Assembly: GCA_008080745.1 (NCBI GenBank)
Contig: SHMX01000013.1
Coordinates: 1-14,974, forward strand
Source of the DNA: Candidatus Thorarchaeota archaeon
Lineage (GTDB): Archaea; Asgardarchaeota; Thorarchaeia; Thorarchaeales; Thorarchaeaceae
Length of the DNA stretch: 14,974 bases
Direction: 5' to 3'
Below are positions 14,242 to 14,974 of this stretch, in pieces. The number at the start of each line of letters is the position of its first letter. Positions within the stretch are counted from its first letter, which is position 1. A model generated the notes under the pieces. It worked only from the letters and a program-made list of their open reading frames with translations. It was not told the DNA's origin and made no database searches. The position numbers and the translations under genes are program-made.

Positions 14242-14974
14242 GTTTCAATCTCCTTACTTGGAGCTTATTTTCTGCAGCGTTGAAACCGTTATCGAGGCTC
14301 AGAAGAGAGCCGTCTTTCAATCTCCTTACTTGGAGCTTATTTTCTGCAGCCTTATTATGTTGAAACAAACGGTTTAACAAGTGTCTCCTTTCAATCTCCT
14401 TACTTGGAGCTTATTTTCTGCAGCATTATAGTTATGTTCATCTTTTGTTTAAAAGATGGTATAACTTTCAATCTCCTTACTTGGAGCTTATTTTCTGCAG
14501 CCAAGTTCTTGATATTATTCTTGCCTACTACAATAGTCTTTCAATCTCCTTACTTGGAGCTTATTTTCTGCAGCATAGGGATTTGTCCAAACATACCCCG
14601 GTTCGCCTGAGATCTTTCAATCTCCTTACTTGGAGCTTATTTTCTGCAGCGAGCCAGTTGGATATCGTGGTTTGTCGCGTCTGGGTTTGCTTTCAATCTC
14701 CTTACTTGGAGCTTATTTTCTGCAGCTATCAGATTCTGACCTTTTCTTTTTGAATTCAATATCCTTTCAATCTCCTTACTTGGAGCTTATTTTCTGCAGC
14801 AAAGGTGTATCGAGGTTCGACATCGATCAGGCATGATGCTTTCAATCTCCTTACTTGGAGCTTATTTTCTGCAGCTCATGGGCGGGGCTAGGTTTGATGC
14901 GTCGGGACCGTTCAGCTTTCAATCTCCTTACTTGGAGCTTATTTTCTGCAGCGAGCCAGTTGGATATCGTGGTT
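14242..14974 (-). CRISPR. CRISPR array, trailer end: 10 repeats of 37 bp, 9 complete spacers (35-40 nt) and 1 partial; continues beyond the window
   Basis: Repeats start at 14242, 14314, 14388, 14465, 14538, 14614, 14690, 14764, 14839 and 14916. Minus-strand consensus GCTGCAGAAAATAAGCTCCAAGTAAGGAGATTGAAAG: the CUCC/GGAG stem ends exactly 8 nt before the end (AUUGAAAG handle). The only mismatched repeat is the leftmost (14242 C>G), consistent with a trailer. Confidence 0.98.

Noticed and set aside
14272-14277. CTGCAG palindrome in each right-array repeat, broken in the left variant
   Set aside because: A 6-bp palindrome with no methyltransferase or restriction gene in the window to give it meaning.
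14404-14836. ORFs 14404-14610, 14445-14753 and 14630-14836
   Set aside because: Read-through of CRISPR repeats (recurring FQSPYLELIFCS / LSISLLGAYFLQ); not genes.
14279-14974. Self-targeting of window sequences by spacers
   Set aside because: By eye only matches of 9 nt or less (e.g. TCAGATTCT) were found; a proper alignment is needed to exclude partial matches.

Overview
This window holds a complete, probably archaeal, type I-D CRISPR-Cas locus between two CRISPR loci that are both most likely read on the minus strand. From left to right: one variant repeat (1-37, at the window edge) with an AT-rich leader-like region; a plus-strand adaptation operon (a DUF2797-like Cys-rich, putative GIY-YIG nuclease gene abutting cas1, then cas2 and cas4); and a convergent minus-strand interference operon (cas10d with an internal cas11d start, cas7d/csc2, cas5d/csc1, helicase-only cas3', cas6). 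Next come a ~480-aa protein with no family I recognise and a tandem wHTH/Lrp-like regulator. A ~560-bp intergenic region carries two back-to-back, mutually complementary strong Shine-Dalgarno (SD) sites driving two divergent mini-ORFs, plus a hairpin cluster and U-tract. Last is the trailer end of a 37-bp-repeat array (10 repeats, 9 full spacers, 1 partial spacer duplicating an earlier one). The best candidates for undescribed biology are the nuclease-like gene coupled to cas1, the divergent mini-ORF/structured-RNA element beside the array, and a spacer-sized insert with a pseudo-handle next to the left repeat. All family calls are by-eye motif recognition; no database search was run.
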